From the NCBI GenBank assembly GCA_016206665.1, contig JACQRC010000089.1, forward strand, positions 8,393-72,392: a DNA stretch of 64,000 bases, in the 5' to 3' direction. The translations under genes and the position numbers were made by a program. The notes under the pieces are model-generated. The model ran no database searches and was not told the DNA's origin. It saw nothing but the letters and a program-made list of their open reading frames with translations. Below, in pieces: positions 63,024 to 64,000 of this stretch. This DNA comes from Candidatus Omnitrophota bacterium (GTDB lineage: Bacteria > Omnitrophota > Gorgyraeia > Aquiviventales > JACQRC01). Each line of letters starts with the position of its first letter. Within the stretch, counting starts at the first letter, position 1.

Positions 63024-63356
63024 ATGATTCACGTCATCACCGATAAGGCCACACCGGAACAGATCAAGGACATGCTTCAGGAGTTAAAGAGCTACATCAA
63101 ACTGGCCGTGGATGTTCGTCGGCGCATGGTGGCCGGTGGTGGATCCCTGCATGCGGATTGCGAATCGGCGCTGCTGGAAACTGACAGCGCGCAGTCCGAT
63201 GTGTGGGGTGCGGACTGGCTGCCGGAGAGCCGGCGGGTCCGCTTTGAGTCGTTGATCAACATTCGGCCCAAGCAAGGCAATCGTTCTATGACCATTGCCG
63301 ATCCCGCGTTGCGGGAGAGCGTGGAAGCCATCGTGCGGGAGCGCTTACAGATCTAA
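63024..63356 (+). CDS. conserved hypothetical protein (110 aa)
   Basis: Compact ORF with good codon usage (MIHVITDKATPEQIKDMLQELKSYIKLAVDV..). No assignable domain. Confidence 0.45.
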   Translation: MIHVITDKATPEQIKDMLQELKSYIKLAVDVRRRMVAGGGSLHADCESALLETDSAQSDVWGADWLPESRRVRFESLINIRPKQGNRSMTIADPALRESVEAIVRERLQI

Positions 63357-63357
63357 G

Positions 63358-63687
63358 ATGGTTTCAGCCACGATTCGGGAACGGTACCTACGCGATCCTT
63401 GGCCCATCCGTCTGGGCGGTCTGGCCGCTGATCTGGCGCGCGTCGCTTCGTTTGCGGACGATCCCAGGGATCATACGGCAGTAGCTGACTTGCTGGAAGA
63501 GGGCAAGTATTTTGCCGAATGGTCAGCCCCAGACGCCCCTGTCGAGATTCAAGCGTCCTTGGCCGAAGTTCAGCGAGATCTGGCGATGTGGCGTCTGCGT
63601 TGGCTGGCAGGACGGCCGGTGCCGTCCATGCGGGAAGCCGCGCAGCGCTGGTCCGATGAGTTGTTGAAGCTGGCTGGATTCGTATGA
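63358..63687 (+). CDS. hypothetical protein (109 aa)
   Basis: ORF starting 2 nt after the previous stop, and its own stop overlaps the next start (ATGA). No recognisable motif. Confidence 0.4.
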   Translation: MVSATIRERYLRDPWPIRLGGLAADLARVASFADDPRDHTAVADLLEEGKYFAEWSAPDAPVEIQASLAEVQRDLAMWRLRWLAGRPVPSMREAAQRWSDELLKLAGFV

Positions 63688-64000
63688 CCACGAGCGTCGC
63701 ACCGACCAAAGTGACTCTCAGCCCCGAGCCCATCGTCAAGCTCGAGAACTACTTCCGCGAGCCGTACAACCTGTCGGTGGCGACGGCGAGGACGTGTTAC
63801 TCCTCGAAGATCATCTCGACGGCCGACGTCGCCAAAGATGAGCAGGCCATCGAGCAGCGGGACCGGATCGCGGAGAGCATCTACAAGGCCGGCCATCACA
63901 CGACCATTCAGCACCCCACCTTTCAATTCATCCTCGACAAAGTCTCGCGGCAGTTCATCTGGTCTTTTCTTCATGCACATCCATATTATAATTCGGAACA
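63684..64000 (+). CDS. ThyX-like flavin-dependent thymidylate synthase family protein, N-terminal part (3' end outside window)
   Basis: N-terminal layout resembles ThyX (CYSS..GHHTTIQHPTFQFILDKVSRQFIWSF.. versus the ThyX block ..HESVLEH..SRA..HQ..RHR). Truncated by the window end. Confidence 0.4.
   Translation, partial: MTTSVAPTKVTLSPEPIVKLENYFREPYNLSVATARTCYSSKIISTADVAKDEQAIEQRDRIAESIYKAGHHTTIQHPTFQFILDKVSRQFIWSFLHAHPYYNSE

Noticed and set aside
1-64000. tRNA, rRNA, transposase or integrase genes
   Set aside because: No cloverleaf-like tRNA candidates, rRNA-like stretches, DDE transposase or tyrosine/serine recombinase motifs were recognised in any frame. The defence island therefore has no visible mobility gene within this window.

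Overview
This is a high-GC (~65-70%) bacterial chromosome segment with four neighbourhoods and a small tail. (1) 1-3250 is housekeeping and small regulatory genes: a truncated gltD 3' end, a lipoprotein-type msrA, an autoregulated XRE HTH, and a nucleotidyltransferase (AbiEii-like) pair preceded by a palindrome-rich operator region. (2) About 3253-12380 is a conspicuously low-GC, horizontally acquired defence island. It carries a Type III restriction-modification system (mod + res), two unknown membrane proteins with one cassette bracketed by 46-bp direct repeats, and a retron-like module. The retron-like module has a perfect sigma70 promoter, a ~450 nt hairpin-rich non-coding stretch, a small ORF, an XRE HTH gene whose stop overlaps the RT start codon (TAATG), an Ec86-like ~300 aa reverse transcriptase, and an unusual downstream PolB-like 3'-5' exonuclease. 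The island is followed by a VapBC module and a DUF4258/DUF2283 pair, and its left edge abuts an orphan C-terminal VOC-family gene fragment. (3) About 15.6-55.9 kb is a large exosortase/PEP-CTERM exopolysaccharide locus. It encodes Wza, a split Wzz/BY-kinase, an ExeA-like ATPase, an ATP-grasp enzyme, Wzx, Wzy, many GT2/GT4 enzymes including a GT4-GT4 fusion, a CE4 deacetylase, APS kinase, two alkaline-phosphatase-family enzymes, a priming sugar transferase, three PEP-CTERM substrate proteins, exosortase, EpsI, a sensor kinase, an NtrC-type sigma54 activator, a GAF protein and rpoN itself. Near-identical sigma54 -24/-12 promoters sit upstream of two of the PEP-CTERM genes and a further candidate precedes the operon. 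(4) 55.9-61.6 kb is a partial NADH dehydrogenase cluster (nuoJKLMN, minus strand) flanked on both sides by clusters of a CACCGAA repeat. The window ends with an M24 peptidase, two small hypothetical genes and the start of a ThyX-like gene. The most novel candidate is the retron-like RT module with its promoter-driven ncRNA and the associated PolB-like exonuclease, embedded next to the Type III R-M system. All coordinates are 1-based on the + strand; coding calls rest on motif recognition from the ORF translations and no database searches were possible.
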